From: Eledone cirrhosa | Taxonomy: Eukaryota | Length of the DNA: 64,000 nt | NCBI GenBank assembly: GCA_964016885.1 | Contig: OZ024740.1 | Coordinates: 274,474,001-274,538,000 of the forward strand | Direction of reading: 5' to 3' | Part shown: one piece after another, positions 26,064 through 39,580 of the stretch | How the letters are laid out: each line of letters starts with the position of its first letter | Position numbering within the stretch: position 1 is the first letter of the stretch | Notes under the pieces: generated by a model | Database searches by the model: none | What the model was told of the DNA's origin: nothing | The model's input: the letters and a program-made list of their open reading frames with translations, nothing else | Made by a program: the position numbers and the translations under genes

Positions 26064-27734
26064 TTAAACCTCATATCTCCCAGATAGTGGCTATTATCTG
26101 GGCAATATTAGGTTCAATTCCTCATAGCAGCCAATGGCAACCTCTTTTTCCATCTATTTCATAAGCTACTTTATAGCAAGTTTCACATAAGCACATCATT
26201 CTTCACATTAATAATATAAGACTGCATTGTGAGATATGTAATAATTTTTTTATTATTCTATTTTGTTTTATTTGTCATACTTGGCCCGTTATATAGTTCT
26301 ACATTGAACTGACTTTTTGAATCAGTCATTTCTTACTATAACATTACTTCCATCTCACCACTATAATACAACTTTTATGACAGCAAACATTCACCAATGT
26401 CTTAACTTTACACACCCACTATTGAGTGAATGGATGGCACAGCCATTTAGGGGAGGGTTTTCCTGCCAATTTCTTTTCTGGGCAATTTGACTACAACTTG
26501 TCCTTACCTGGAACCCAGCTCTATAGCTCCATAAACTGCGTGCATGTGGCAGTTTTCAACTTCCTGGACAGAAACAATATTGTCAAACTGGTTCAACCAA
26601 ATTGACAATAGCTAATGTGTTATAAACTCTTAAAAGGCTTTAACCTATTTGATATCAACTCACCCCACCCAAGAAACTTTGGTTTTGTGAAAGTAAAATA
26701 CGCGATTTAAAGAGTTCCTATTTAAATAAACATCTTCAAAAATAATTTGATATAAGAATATTTAAGTTGTTATAAATATCATCTTAATAATTAAGTAATT
26801 AATTATTTTAATAAATCCTCCAAAATGTTCATTAATTAATTCAAATATCGTGTATTTCATTAGAAATATGCTAATGAAAAGATTAAGAGCTTGTTACCCT
26901 ATGCATATGAAAACTAGATTTCTGGTGGACTGCGAAGAGAAAACCCAAACATCAATGGTCGATTTTCAGACACAAAGGTGATATACAATAATTGTTTCTA
27001 CTTTTGGCACAAGGCCAGCAATTACCCCAGTGTATTACTGGTGCTTTATTTTATCGACCCCATAAGGATGAAAGGCAAAGTTAACCTTGGCGGGATTTGA
27101 ACTCAGAACAAAAAGCTGATATACTATAATGTCACTGTGTTATGTATACTTCAGAGCACAGTTTGACATGTATAGGCTGTTTCAAAAAATTTCATTTCAT
27201 TTGAGATGTAAATATCTGAGAATCTACAGAGTCTAGGAATGATTTAGTGTTTTAATGTGGATAAATTTTGAGGAATAAATCTTATGCTGCTCAACATTCA
27301 GCCTACTCAGTCTCGTCCCAGACTTTGTAGTTTCCGGGATACTTTACATCACAAATGATATCAAACTTTTGGAAACATCCTGTATATCCTCATTGACATT
27401 CTACTGCATCCTGGTATACCTACCCCCCCCTCCTAGATTGTCACTGGTGCAGGAAGTCATACATGAGAGAGTGAGGCAGGTCATTGAGTGCAGCTCTCTC
27501 TCTCACTATAACACATGTTTAGCACAAGTCAAAACTTTGATCTTCTTGTGACCAGAAACAGACAGCAGACTTTACATTGTAGCATTCAAGATATTATGCA
27601 GTTCAGCAACAATGAGATATAGTCACTTTTCAATTGTAAAAATATATTGTTGATATAAGTAAAGCAGAATCATTGGTCAGTTAGCAGCGGAGTCATGGTT
27701 ATCTTCAAAAAGAAAGGGCAAACAAGAAGAGTCT

Positions 27735-27765
<31 letters not shown>

Positions 27766-27784
27766 GCTACTACTACTACTACTG

Positions 27785-27818
<34 letters not shown>

Positions 27819-27979
27819 CACTACTACTGCTTCTGGTGTTGCTGCTACTGCTGCTGCTACTATTACTACTGCTACTACTGCTACTACTATTACTACTGCT
27901 GCTACTGCTGCTGCTGTTACTAATACTGCTGCTACTACTACTGCTGCTGATGCTGCTACTACTACTATTACTGCTGCTG

Positions 27980-28013
<34 letters not shown>

Positions 28014-28015
28014 AG
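27735..28015. repeat. (CTA/CTG)n trinucleotide microsatellite
   Basis: Directly visible; gives poly-L, poly-S and poly-V ORFs. Confidence 0.97.
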
Positions 28016-28908
28016 CCACCAGCTATGTCCACTCTATTGCCACTGCTGCCTGGATCATGTCCATCATATCAACCCCACTCTTACTGTAGTGTCATCGATT
28101 CTTGTTTTTCCACCATATTTCTTTTGTCATAAGCCAATGATGAATATCGACACCACCACTTAACCTGCTAAAAATAGCAGCCAAATCGTTCTGAAACTTC
28201 ACCTTACTATAAAGGAGATGACTACACTGCATAATAGTATCCTAGATAAAATATGTTTGAAAAAGAAATGATGAGATGGTCACCTTTCATCATAGGTCTC
28301 CTGGATCAAGGCTGACCCAGGGCTACACATAACAACAAGCATAACAAGAATATATTTTATCATAGGCCTAAGGGCCCAAGTTTGTTGACCCCCTTGCAGT
28401 GAGCCCTGATCTTGATCAGGTGAACAACACAACCTGAGATCATCTCATACACAAAATCATCATAGGCTAAACTGAGTCTAAATAATAAAACAATAAAATT
28501 TGGAACACCTTTTACCATAGGCCTTGGGCTAAACAACAACAACAAAGCTCCTTCTCCAGCCACTACTATGATCACAACATATGCTTGAAGGCATTCCAAT
28601 CATAACCATCCCATCTTTTTCTTATATGCAATAAACCAGGGACTACATTATCCACTATCATTTCTATTTACTGTGATTTGAGGGATATTTGGCTGCTATT
28701 TATTGCTGGTTGAACAATCACATGGAGGTTCCTTCAATAGCCAGTGGTGGATATGATTTGGTGGTTGTGGTGGTGGTGGTGGTGGTGGTGGTGGTTGCAT
28801 TAGTGGTATTGGTGAATGTTGTAGAGATGATCATGTTTGTAGTGGTCATAGCAATAATATTGAGAAGAGAGGAAAATTAAAAGCGATAAGCAAGAAATGA
28901 ATTGGTGA

Positions 28909-28947
<39 letters not shown>

Positions 28948-30239
28948 TGAGCAAGGAAAGTAAATGTGTATGTGTGGCGTGAAGGCCAGAGATAGAGTGG
29001 ATAAAAAGTGAATGAAGAAAGAGACACTATGTGTATGTATATATGCATTTGATATTCAGACAGTCGGATTGGCCATGTGCAAAGCCTTTCCTCTTTTAAA
29101 AAAGCTTCAAGCACAGGTATCACTTGATATGTAACCTTTTTTGCGATGCATGGTATTGCTGGCCATAGGCAAGTCCCTAGCAGGACTAAAAAGCCCATCC
29201 ATAATGCTCATACTTTAATATCAAGTGATGGCATTACTTGAAATCGAGTTGCAGCCATCATGTATGTAGACATGTATGTATTTATGTATCCCAGTACAAC
29301 CTGTCTCATGGTCACGTCGTTGGCGACTAAACTGGCATCCCCACCAAGGTTTCTTGGTGAGGAGGGTGACTTTGGACATCCTGCAGGACTAAAAACAAAA
29401 CCTGTCAAAGGGAAAAGGAGCTCATAAGAGTCAATGGCCATCCAAAATCACCGGGAGAGATGACCAATTAGCCTTTGTCAAGGCAGAATTCTAGGAGAAG
29501 GAAAACTCTGATATAACACCTGCAACCCTGATGGTATCCAATGATGTTGACTTGTTCTTCTTTTTGGTAAATATCATCTTGGTTAAGAGAGCGGGACTGG
29601 CTTTGTGCAGTGCCTTTGCTCACTATAAAAGCTTCACGGCACAGGCATTGCTTTATATCTGGAGATCTCTCTGCACTTGTCGTCACATGGTACCATGGGC
29701 CCAGCACTATGTGTCAATAATTGTCACAAGTATAGTGTTTGTACCAGAGTTTTCAAGTTGCTGGCTGGACTAAAAAGTCACACTCGTTCAGCGCATCAGT
29801 AGGGGTTCTCCGACATGGATATAAAGTAGTGGCCGTACTCGAAAACGAGTTGGCAGCCAACATGTTTTATGTATGTATGTATGTATGTTTGTATGTATGT
29901 ATCTATGTATGTGAAATAACAAGAGAAAAGAGAAAGTGTGAGAAAGAAAAGAGACAGTGTTAGAAAGAAACAGTTTATTTAAATCTATGAGAGAATGAGA
30001 GAAGAGGAGAGAAAGAAAAAAGGCATTAAGGCAGAAAGGTTGTGCAAAATAATTGTTTCTACTTTTGGCACAAGGCCAGCAATTATCTCAGTATATTACT
30101 GGTATTTTATTTTATCACCCCCGTAAGGATGAAAGGCAAAGTTAACCTCGGTAGGATTTGAACTCAGATCGTAAAGGGATATAACTCTATGCTGCAAAGA
30201 ATAGCATGAGACCCTCTACCGACACTGCCAACCCAAATA

Positions 30240-30336
30240 GAGTATAGAAAGATAGATATGAAGAAGAATGAGGAAGAGAGACAGATAGAGAGAAAAAGTA
30301 GTAGTAGAGAGAGAAAGTAGTAGAGAGGGAGTGAAA

Positions 30337-30378
<42 letters not shown>

Positions 30379-30895
30379 AGATAAATATAGAGAGGGAGGG
30401 AGAGAGTGAGAGAGAGAGAGAGAGAAAGTGAAATAATGAAATACAGATTGGTGGAGAGAGTAAGAAAAGGTGATAGAGAGAGAGGGAATGAGATAATGAA
30501 AGAAGTAGAGAAAAATGTGTAGTGTTAGAGATAAAGAAAGAAGGAAAGAATGATACATGGAAAGAGACTGTTTTTAAAACTATAAGGAGAATAGAAATAA
30601 ATAAATAATAAAACAAAAGAAAAAAGAAACTGTGTGAAATAATGAGATAGAGAGGAAAGAAAGAGATAGAGATAGAGAAAGACAGAGAGAAATAGAGAGG
30701 GTGAGAGAAAGAAAGATAGAAAGAGACAGTGTAAAATAATGAGATGTAGAGATAGAGATAGAGAGAAGAGATAGAGATAGGGATAAAGAAAGACAGAAAC
30801 AAAGAGAGAGGGTGAAAGAAAGAGAGATAGTAATGAGATACAAAGAGAGTGAGAAGGGGAGAGAAGAAAAGAGGAAAAGACCAAGAGGAACACTA
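30240..30895. repeat. GA-rich low-complexity tract with (GTA)n
   Basis: Directly visible. Confidence 0.9.
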
Positions 30896-31497
30896 AGCAA
30901 ATTGGTAAAGAAATTTCTAAGTAACCCTCAGGCGTTAACTAGTCGTTAATGCCAAAGATAACTACTCAAGACAGGAGTTTAGGTGTGGAGGGAATATTTT
31001 TATTCATATATTTTTTTTTATTCCCACATTCTGGAAATGTTTTTGGACAAAATAATATCAATTTATCCCACTTCAGTGCTGCACTGTTGACTGGCCATAA
31101 GTTGGTGCAAATGTGTGGCCAACAACGTAGAAAGGTAAAATACAAGTAAATAATGTGTGTATGTATGTAGAAAGAGAAAGGTAGAGTTATCACTTGCTGT
31201 GCATTTATATTATTTTCAAATACATCTGTGTATATATATATGTATGTGTATGTATTATATTGTTGTTGTTGCTGTTCAGCCTTCAGGCATGACTGTGCAG
31301 TTAAGAATCTCACTTCAAAACCATGTGATTCTAGATTCAATCCCACTTTGTGGAAACTGGAACAAGTTCCTTCTACCATAACCTTGGGTTATCTCAAGCT
31401 TTGTGAATTGAAAAATCACTGGAAGTCCATCAATTGTTTGTAATTGTTCTTTTAGGATGTTTTATCCATTGCTCAGTTTACACCAGCACACTCTTAA

Positions 31498-31911
31498 CCC
31501 TTTAGCATTCAAACTGGCCATATCTGGCTTAAAATGTCTCACCTCTTTCTGTTCAAACCAGTTGAAACTGGCTGCTCATACTGATGTTAAGGTATTGTTC
31601 AAAATCTCATAGGTTCGATATTATGTGAGATAATTATGTAAGATAAAGTGTTTACTAGAAAAATACAATAGTATATATAGAGTAAGGTGAATGCTAAAGT
31701 GTTAAAACAGCCATATCTGGCCAGAATTTTCTCATCTCTTTCTGTTCAAACCAGTCGTAACCAGCCACACATACTGATGTTAACGTATTATTCTCAAAAT
31801 AAATGATATCACAATCTCAAAGATTCGATGTTATGTGAGATGATTTTGTGAGGTAAAGACTATATCACACAAATATAATAGTAAATATGAAGTAATGTGA
31901 ATGCTAAAGGG
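31498..31911. mobile_element. Two tandem piggyBac-type MITE copies
   Basis: TTAA-CCCTTTAGCATTC ... GAATGCTAAAGTG-TTAA (31702), then a second unit ending GAATGCTAAAGGG-TTAA (31912). Confidence 0.85.
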
Positions 31912-32071
31912 TTAAAGTAGAATCCACTTTGCTGCAAGCATCCAAATCAAGGCTCCAGTTTGAGGAGCAACTCCATATCATAATGTGGTTTCTTTCTTTA
32001 GCGAGCAGAGAGTCAGAATGCATACCTCAAAGCATTCTATCCGACATTCTAGTGACTCTTCCAATTTGCCA

Positions 32072-32147
<76 letters not shown>

Positions 32148-32242
32148 AGTGTGTGTGTGTGCAGAAAGTTAAGTAAGTCCGAAGAAAGCTGGTGAGAGAT
32201 CCAAGGCCAGCACTCAATGCAGAGCAAAGTGTATATAATAAG

Positions 32243-32304
<62 letters not shown>

Positions 32305-32307
<3 letters not shown>

Positions 32308-33305
32308 TTCGTTTCTGAATTTGTTTAGCAAGATTCTTTATCTGAAATCGTGTGTTGAAACCGATATTGTTATACTTTGGGAGGGTCATGTTGCCAATAA
32401 GAAACACACGCACCAGTTGCTTTCATTTCAATTTATTATATATTTATAAATTTATAAATTTACAAATCTACAAACTTATTAGCAAGACATACCCATTCCA
32501 AAGACCCTCATGTATAGATAAGAAATGTATAACCTGTAAAATAAGGCCCCATATTAACTGTAAAACTAGAAATGTAGTGTATAGCATAAGATGTACTGAA
32601 GGACAATGTAGAAACAAAAATATAGTGTACATAGGTGAGACAGCTCGTAGTATAGGGGAACGAATAAATGAACACTGGCGAGACCTTCAAGATAATAAAG
32701 AATCATCTGTGCTCTACCAACATGCTAAGATAGAACACAGGGGTAAATTAGAGAACATAGAAATAAAAATAGAATCCACACACAGAAAAGATGCAATGTT
32801 TAGGCAAATTACAGAGGCAGTAAGCATAAAAGAATTACAACCAAAATTAAATAGAAAATATGAGTGGAACAGCAACATCACAACTTACAATTAAGGACAA
32901 AATGAAAACACACACACACATAGAACAAACAACCAACCAACAATAAATAAATAAATAAATAAACAAATAGATAAATGAACACAAACACACACAGACACCC
33001 GGATGTGGCGCATGCGCAAACTGAGCACGCAACACACACACAGAAATAAAATGGCGTCGGACAGAAGAAAGGAAAGGCACAGAAACAAAGAAAGGAATCC
33101 CCAGTCACTGAAGAGGTCACAGAGTGTGTGACGAAAGGACTATGACTATATATAAACAACTATCTGGCTGTGGAACCAACCAACCAACCAGAAATTTATA
33201 AGTTTGTAGATTTGTAAATTTATAAATTTATAAATATATAATAAATTGAAGTGAAAGCAACTGGTGCGTGTGTTTCTTATTGGCAACATGACCCTCCCAA
33301 AGTAT

Positions 33306-33310
<5 letters not shown>
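32305..33310 (+). mobile_element. 5'-truncated Neptune/Nematis-like PLE: intact GIY-YIG coding end, pLTR with HHR (33103-33147) and inverted 5' arm
   Basis: 32367-32479 is the reverse complement of about 33198-33310. Flanked by (TA)n. Confidence 0.9.
32480..32894 (+). pseudogene. C-terminal GIY-YIG endonuclease domain of a PLE ORF (5'-truncated, frame open)
   Basis: CIDKKCITC linker knuckle; NVVYSIRCTEGQC...VYIGETARSIGERINEH...LYQH...EAVSIKELQPKLN (GIY-YIG, RxxxH, CCHH, E and N motifs). Confidence 0.9.
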
Positions 33311-33348
<38 letters not shown>

Positions 33349-34089
33349 ATAAAAGTATTTGTTCCTACATGTAATTAATACACACAGGGACAGAAGTATA
33401 GTCCGACCATATGCTAGTGTAGTTCAATGGTGGTAAGGGCACATATAGTAAGGGCACATATAGTAAGTACAGTGAATTTTTTAGAATTTATTTATTATTT
33501 TTTAGGATTTTTTCTGTATTTACACTCCCTTGATTTTATATATATATATATATAGTTGGGATCTCTCATATCCATTGAAGATATTTCCACTTTATGCCTG
33601 TATCATTTGACTTTATCATTGAACAGCATGTTTCACACCAAACATAAAATGTAGTAACCTACAATCATAACTAGAATGATATATTTTTATAGAATCCAGT
33701 AAGTAAGCTTCTATTTGGTTGCTCAACTTTGTAGAAAAATTAACCAAATAAGTAATGGTCACGTTAGACAATGTGATCCAAAAGACACCGAAGAAAGATC
33801 GAAAGATTGTGTCTGGAATGCTTTTTAATCACAGAACTGACCTTGGGCTAAACGAAAAAAACTAGAACTAGATACACATAGACACTCACACATATGATAT
33901 CTGCCAAAAGGTTATCTGCTTCCATTTTTTTTCCATGAAAAGCAATGATATTAGGGAGAGAGAAGTATAAAAAGTAGACTCACGTTCATTCATGGTCTTT
34001 GCTGAGCTAGCTAGCTGTGTCAGTAAATGTCAGGTAGCCAATGTGTGAAATTCTGTACTGTTTACTCATCACATTTTCATTTTGCCTGA

Positions 34090-34280
34090 TACTTTTAACA
34101 AGGATCCTAAATTTCTGAATACAGTAATAACTAGAGAGAGGATGTGGGTATGTGGCTACAACCTGAAAATGAAAGCTCTGTCAACCCAGCTGAAGCATTC
34201 AATATTGTCAATGCCAAAAATAATATGTCAGGTGCAGACCAAAATCAAGAGGCTGTTGACTGCTATCTTTGACTGCCACA
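34090..34280 (+). pseudogene. Decayed mariner (Tc1/mariner) transposase fragment
   Basis: DPKFLNTVITRERMWVCGYNLKMK..STQLKH...PK..CQVQTKIKRLLTAIFDC aligns by eye with the mariner pattern FLxxVITGDESWVYGYDPETKxQSSQW...KVMLTVFFD. Confidence 0.75.
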
Positions 34281-34574
34281 ATTCTCCAGACCTACCTTTT
34301 AACGTGTTGAGGTTGCAGCACTGTAGCTTCAGATTTAATGGTAAGAGTGTGGCTTTCTCGTTTTATGGACCTGAAAAGAAAAAGGTATATGCAATTGTTT
34401 GACAGCAGACTAGGATCACTCACAAATGTTTAGTTGCTCAGATGCAATGTAATATATTGTTACTTTCTTGTGTATCAGACTTAAGTGGACATCATATATA
34501 GATACATGTATGTTTATGAATCTACACATGCATATATCCAAACACCTCCAGGCATAAATAAGTGCATGAAAGGA

Positions 34575-34833
34575 TATCATCACTTAACAAAGACTTGGCG
34601 AAACAACGTGCGTGATATGCAACAAAGTGTGTAGAACTAGTTCCGGACTAAAAAAACACATGGTGGTATATAAAGATTGTGTCCCACATGGTGACACCAC
34701 CAGTCCTGTGGAAAGCACAACTCTCTTCTGTTACCTATGTCAAAACCCATGCAGATCTACAGCTGGCCTACAAAGTCATAGATGCAGATGTGATGATAAC
34801 AAAGAATCAATAAGAGATGGCAATTATCTGTGA
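34575..34833 (+). mobile_element. Two decayed C2H2-like fingers, most likely the C-terminus of an RTE-clade LINE ORF2
   Basis: CVICNKVCRTSSGLKKH and CYLCQNPCRSTAGLQSH. The GLxSH pattern is typical of RTE termini. No TGEKP linker. Confidence 0.55.
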
Positions 34834-35466
34834 AGACGCTGCAACCCTCACATGAGAGTAGATATACTTGAAGTTGTCTGCCCATGCCAGAAGGTCATAT
34901 AAATAGAACCTGTCTATAAAAAATTAGGAGGCAGAGGCGAGTGTGAGATTTTTGGTAATTGAAATGAAATTATTGAAGTGTTGAAAAGCAAGGTGATATT
35001 ACTTTAAAGTTATTTAATATGTGACATTTTGGTAAATAAAATATATACATGGAGAAGCTAGTATTAAGTTTGTAAGACTAGGATAAATATAGAATATGTA
35101 CATTTTGCAACTAGGTAAGATTTACAAAAATCTATACATGACAAACCATGATAGAATTTCACTAACTATATTGATGAATTGGATCACATTTAATGACAAG
35201 ATAAATAATCATTTAGTAAATTATGGAAAGATATTAAGAAAAATCTTTGATAGATCACACAGCAAGATTTTACAAGTAACAATCAGCAGATTACATCACA
35301 AATCAACAAGAATCTTATTTTGTGTTTTCTACAGTTGGGGATATTAGGTAAATACTGACTGGTTTTGACAGAGACATGCTGATGGGAAGAAAGAGGGGGT
35401 ACTGAAATCAAGACGACATAATTGGTGTTTTGAAACTATAAGGAGATAATCTAAAGTAATATAAGG

Positions 35467-35683
35467 CAAGCAGGTCAAACTGAGAGTCCCCCAAGAGCCA
35501 TATGGGTCTCATATGTGTTGTCTGAAGGCCACACATGACAACTAATTGCACTCATTACAACTAATTTTTTCATTTTATATTTGAAGATAAAACATGCTTG
35601 CACTGTAAAAACGTTTGTGCGGGCTGCAGATGTGCTTGTAAAGGGCTGCATGCGGCCCGTGGGCCACATGTTTGACGTGCCTA
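35467..35683. mobile_element. hAT (Charlie-like) MITE
   Basis: 8-bp TSD ATATAAGG at 35459-35466 and 35684-35691. TIRs CAAGCAGGTCAAAC / GTTTGACGTGCCTA. GCGGCCCGTGGGCC subterminal motif. Confidence 0.85.
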
Positions 35684-36944
35684 ATATAAGGTGCATAATC
35701 ACACATTATATTTCTACTATCAGTTTCCCTATGATTTTCCATTAGGTAATGTTTTGACAACATTCTGCTTTTTATAATAAAAGGAAAAAATATATGTTTG
35801 CAGTTTGTTTGAATTGATGTATATTCCCATTGGATGGTTTTTTTTTTACTATATCTCAAGACTTCTTTCTAAATTTGTTTTCAGATGTCTGGTGAATCTG
35901 TGTCTTTCAAAGCTAATTATTATATGAATGTTTTCACTTGTACATTAGTATATTTATTTGAGCAATTTAATATATGCATTTATAAATGTGTATTTTTGTG
36001 TCACTGTGTGGCTACATCCATCTATATATCTAATGATGATGTAAGCTTGTGGGTTATAATTGCATTTATTCAAGAAAAGATGTCACTCTAACTTTATTAT
36101 TGATAAAACACAATACTATTGAAAAAGAAAAGAACAAAATAAGATAAAGATAACAAGGAAATGTGTCTCCAATTGGGATTTCATTTTCCCTCTATTAGAT
36201 TATACTTATTAAATAATTTAAAAAATGAGATGTCTCTAACACTATTTCTAATAATGTACACATTCTATATTAAGAGAAAATAAAAGAGGAAATTCTTATT
36301 CTATTGGGATTTCATGTTACTTCTATGAGTGTGTTGTTAAGTATTTTAAGTAGGTACATATACACATGAACACATGTAGCTATAACATTTGTATGGTTGT
36401 CTATTATTTTGTTTGATGGTTTGGGATAAATAGATTTTTCAAAGTACGAAGATTACATTTAATGATATGAGATATGTCAGAATTTACATATGTATTGCTA
36501 GTTTTGAGTTGGATTTTCTTTGCAGAGTTCTGAATTGATTCACAATTATTTCTATATAATCAATGCTGGTTTGGATAATAGATATTACAGTAGCTGAATA
36601 TATAACTGATGTTTTGAGATAGTTCTCGTCAAATGGACATACACATTGAGAGTAAGAATTGCATTTTGATACTCTTAGCATTGTCTTCAATACTTTTTTG
36701 TTATTCAAGGATTATTACAGTATTAGCAAAGTTTCTTAATCTAGAGTCATTTATTGTAGGTAAATTCATATTAAAACTTTTCTTAAAATTATGCTCAGGA
36801 TAAGGGTAAAGTGTTACTATAAGGAAGAAGAATTTTGCTTATCAGTGTACTAATATATATTGAAATTGTGTACAGTATGCATGCATAGTGGCAGAGTTAT
36901 TTTCAACATTATGTTAAGGAAACAATGCAAAATGATTGATTCTA

Positions 36945-37440
36945 CAGCAGGATGCCCTTTCTAACACCAAACTCATTTACAGTGAGTACTGCATGCTTTT
37001 TATAATGGCACCTACATGACCACTTTACAGTGTGGACTGCATGCTTTTTTTGTCATGACACCTACAGTGGGAAGGGGTGGGGCGTACTGTCTATATACTT
37101 CAGCCTCGGCTTGTACCCATGGGAAGCTGGATCTTCTGTGTTACTGTGTAACTCCAGAAGTCTAAGTCCTGTGTCCTTTGAGAGATGCAATTGGGCAAGA
37201 TCAGCTTTTATCACCTCATCTCAGGTCTTCTTGGGTCTCCCCACTCTAAGGCTTCCATCAACTTTTAGCGCTCTGCACCTTTTAATTGAGGTGTCATGCT
37301 TCATATGCATAACATGTCCATACCAACGCAACCTCCTCTCCTGCACACAGCATTTGATTCCTCTTATGCCTAGTCTCTCTCTCAATTCGTTTATGCTTTG
37401 CCGTTCACGTATATTACTATTACACATCCATCGGAGCATT
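36945..37440 (-). mobile_element. RTE LINE 3' portion plus 3' UTR
   Basis: ORF 37221-37439 MLRWMC...ERRLRWYGHVMHM...GRPKKT. Same family as 48277-49420. Confidence 0.88.
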
Positions 37441-37444
37441 ATAT

Positions 37445-38305
37445 TCTACAATGTATTATTTTGGTTTTCTCATTATATATTAAGCCTTTGATCTTCTTTT
37501 GTATAGTCTTAGATTTTCGCTCAAACCTTCGTAGATTTTGTAAACGTCATATTATAATAGATTTTCTCTACATTTTTTTCTACGTTTATAAATCCTTCTA
37601 GCAATTTCCTTTATTTACTTGATGAAATAAAATAAAACTTAAATAGTATACCCCCCCCCCCCATATATATGTTTACTAGAAATTATTAACTTTGACATAG
37701 ATAGACTATTTTTATTTTATAAAAATCTTTTTATATTTATTTTATTAATACATTTTTACACTTCTTAAACCAATTTTTAGTATTTAAACCCAATATAAAA
37801 TAATATACCCTGTTTCTATATTTAGACCTCTAATATTTGAATACCTTCTATAATATTCGCACATACACCTCATCAATTTATTTTTTAACCCTTATTTACA
37901 GCTGTTTTCAATTTGACAGCATTCCTGGTCAAAAGTCTCTCTTTCTCTCTCTTCTTCTTTTTTTCTTTCTTCTCTTTCTTTTTCCTTTTTTCTCTTCTTC
38001 TTTCCTTTTCTTCTCTTTTCCTATCTATATCTTACTATACTATTAACATATATATTTCTGTCATATGTAGACTTAGCACTTTCCTATAAACAAGTGCTAT
38101 TATGTCTCATATCATTGTACCTTATTTTTTATCTGAAGAGAACACAACATCTGTCCCAGGATGATTTTGTATTCGAAATACATATAATAAAATATATGGA
38201 TCTCTTATAACCATCCTTATTTCATCTTTATTATATATACTCCAGTTCTACCAACTGTTGAATGCTACTTATCTGATTTATGCATAGTTTTATTGTTCAC
38301 CTTCT
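37445..38305 (+). mobile_element. PLE 3' UTR/pLTR with a type I HHR at 38127-38192
   Basis: TTTTAT-CTGAAGA-GAACACAACATC..GATGATTTTGTATTC-GAAA-TACATA-TA^ATAAAA. Tail related to 3260-3390. Confidence 0.75.
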
Positions 38306-38330
38306 ATATATATATGTATATGTATGTAGA

Positions 38331-38361
<31 letters not shown>

Positions 38362-38420
38362 ATATGTATATATATTTATGTATATATATATATAGACGTA
38401 TGTATATGTATATATATAGA

Positions 38421-38630
38421 CATGTAGGCGCCACGGAAAAAAAGCACCCAGCACTCACTGTAAATGAGGTTGGTGTTAGGAAGGGCATCCAGCTGTAGAA
38501 ATCAAGCCAGAATCAGTTCCCGTATGAGCAAGACAAGGTCAGCCGACCGAACCCGCAACAGAACAACCCATCTAACCCATGCTAGCATTGAATAACGGAC
38601 GTAAAACGGTGATGATGATGATGATGATGA
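38421..38630 (+). mobile_element. LINE/SINE 3' UTR fragment with (ATG)n tail
   Basis: Matches 49218-49420. Confidence 0.85.
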
Positions 38631-38754
38631 TTATATGTATATATATATGTATGTGTATATATATATATGTGTGTATATATATATGTATATATATATATAT
38701 ATATGCATATATATATGTATATATATGCATATATATATGTATATATGTATATAG

Positions 38755-39580
38755 AGTTCAAAAGGAAAAATAAACAAATGCAGGAGTTAATAGTACATAA
38801 AGTGATTTATATATATAGATAATTTAATATATCAACTAACACAAGCGCACAGATGCACGTCCATGCCAGCAAATACACAGGTTATGTCATAGTACCTAGG
38901 TGGTTCAATGCAGGAGGATGCAGAACAATAATATAAAAGACGTAAAATAAGAAAATATTTTTTAAAAAAATTAAAAAAAAAATGTTTATACACTTACTTA
39001 AATTTTCACTCCAACTAATTAGTTTCTGCAATGGGATAAAGACAGTTACTAATCCAACTGTCGAGAATTCATTGCGTCATCAGGGAGTCTATTCTCAGCT
39101 AAGTCTCCAGGCAATGCGCGGACACTGGCGGCTCATATAAAAATAATAATAATTCGGTAGATAGAACAGCTGGCGAGGACTGGATTCCATGTACTGAAAT
39201 TCTCACTGCTTCTAGTCAAATGGCCGATTCTAAAGAATCAATCACGTGACACAGAGGCTAGTTAGAAGGAATGGGATGGTAAGATGACTGACGCCTACTA
39301 ACACCCCAAAAAATGTTGAAGTGGTTTTGGCAGGTTTGCTCGACAAATCAGTGATTTGGAGATAAATATAGATAATTTAATATAACTAACACAAGCGCAC
39401 AGATGCACGTCCATGCCAGCAAATACACAGGTTATGTCATAGTACCTAGGTGGTTCAATGCAGGAGGATGCAGAACAATAATATAAAAGACGTAAAAAAA
39501 GTGAAAATGGAGTGAAAATTTAAGTAAGTATGTAAAAAAATTTTTTTAAATTTTTTAAAAAAATATTTTCTTATTTTACG

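Noticed and set aside
27670-28132. Poly-Ser, poly-Leu and poly-Val ORFs
   Set aside because: Translation of a (CTA/CTG)n microsatellite.
29460-29860. Ty3/gypsy RT-RNase H remnants on the minus strand
   Set aside because: Only 3-4 residue resemblances, and the segment is better explained as a repeat of 29055-29259.
30164-30900. Hydrophobic LS-rich ORFs resembling membrane proteins
   Set aside because: GA-rich low complexity, open in several frames.
32352-32479. N-terminal 43 aa of the 180-aa ORF as part of a standalone endonuclease gene
   Set aside because: It is antisense pLTR fused in frame by the inversion junction, not native coding sequence.
34575-34833. Host C2H2 zinc-finger gene exon
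   Set aside because: The second His residues are missing, there is no TGEKP linker and no clear splice context. The pattern fits an RTE LINE C-terminus.
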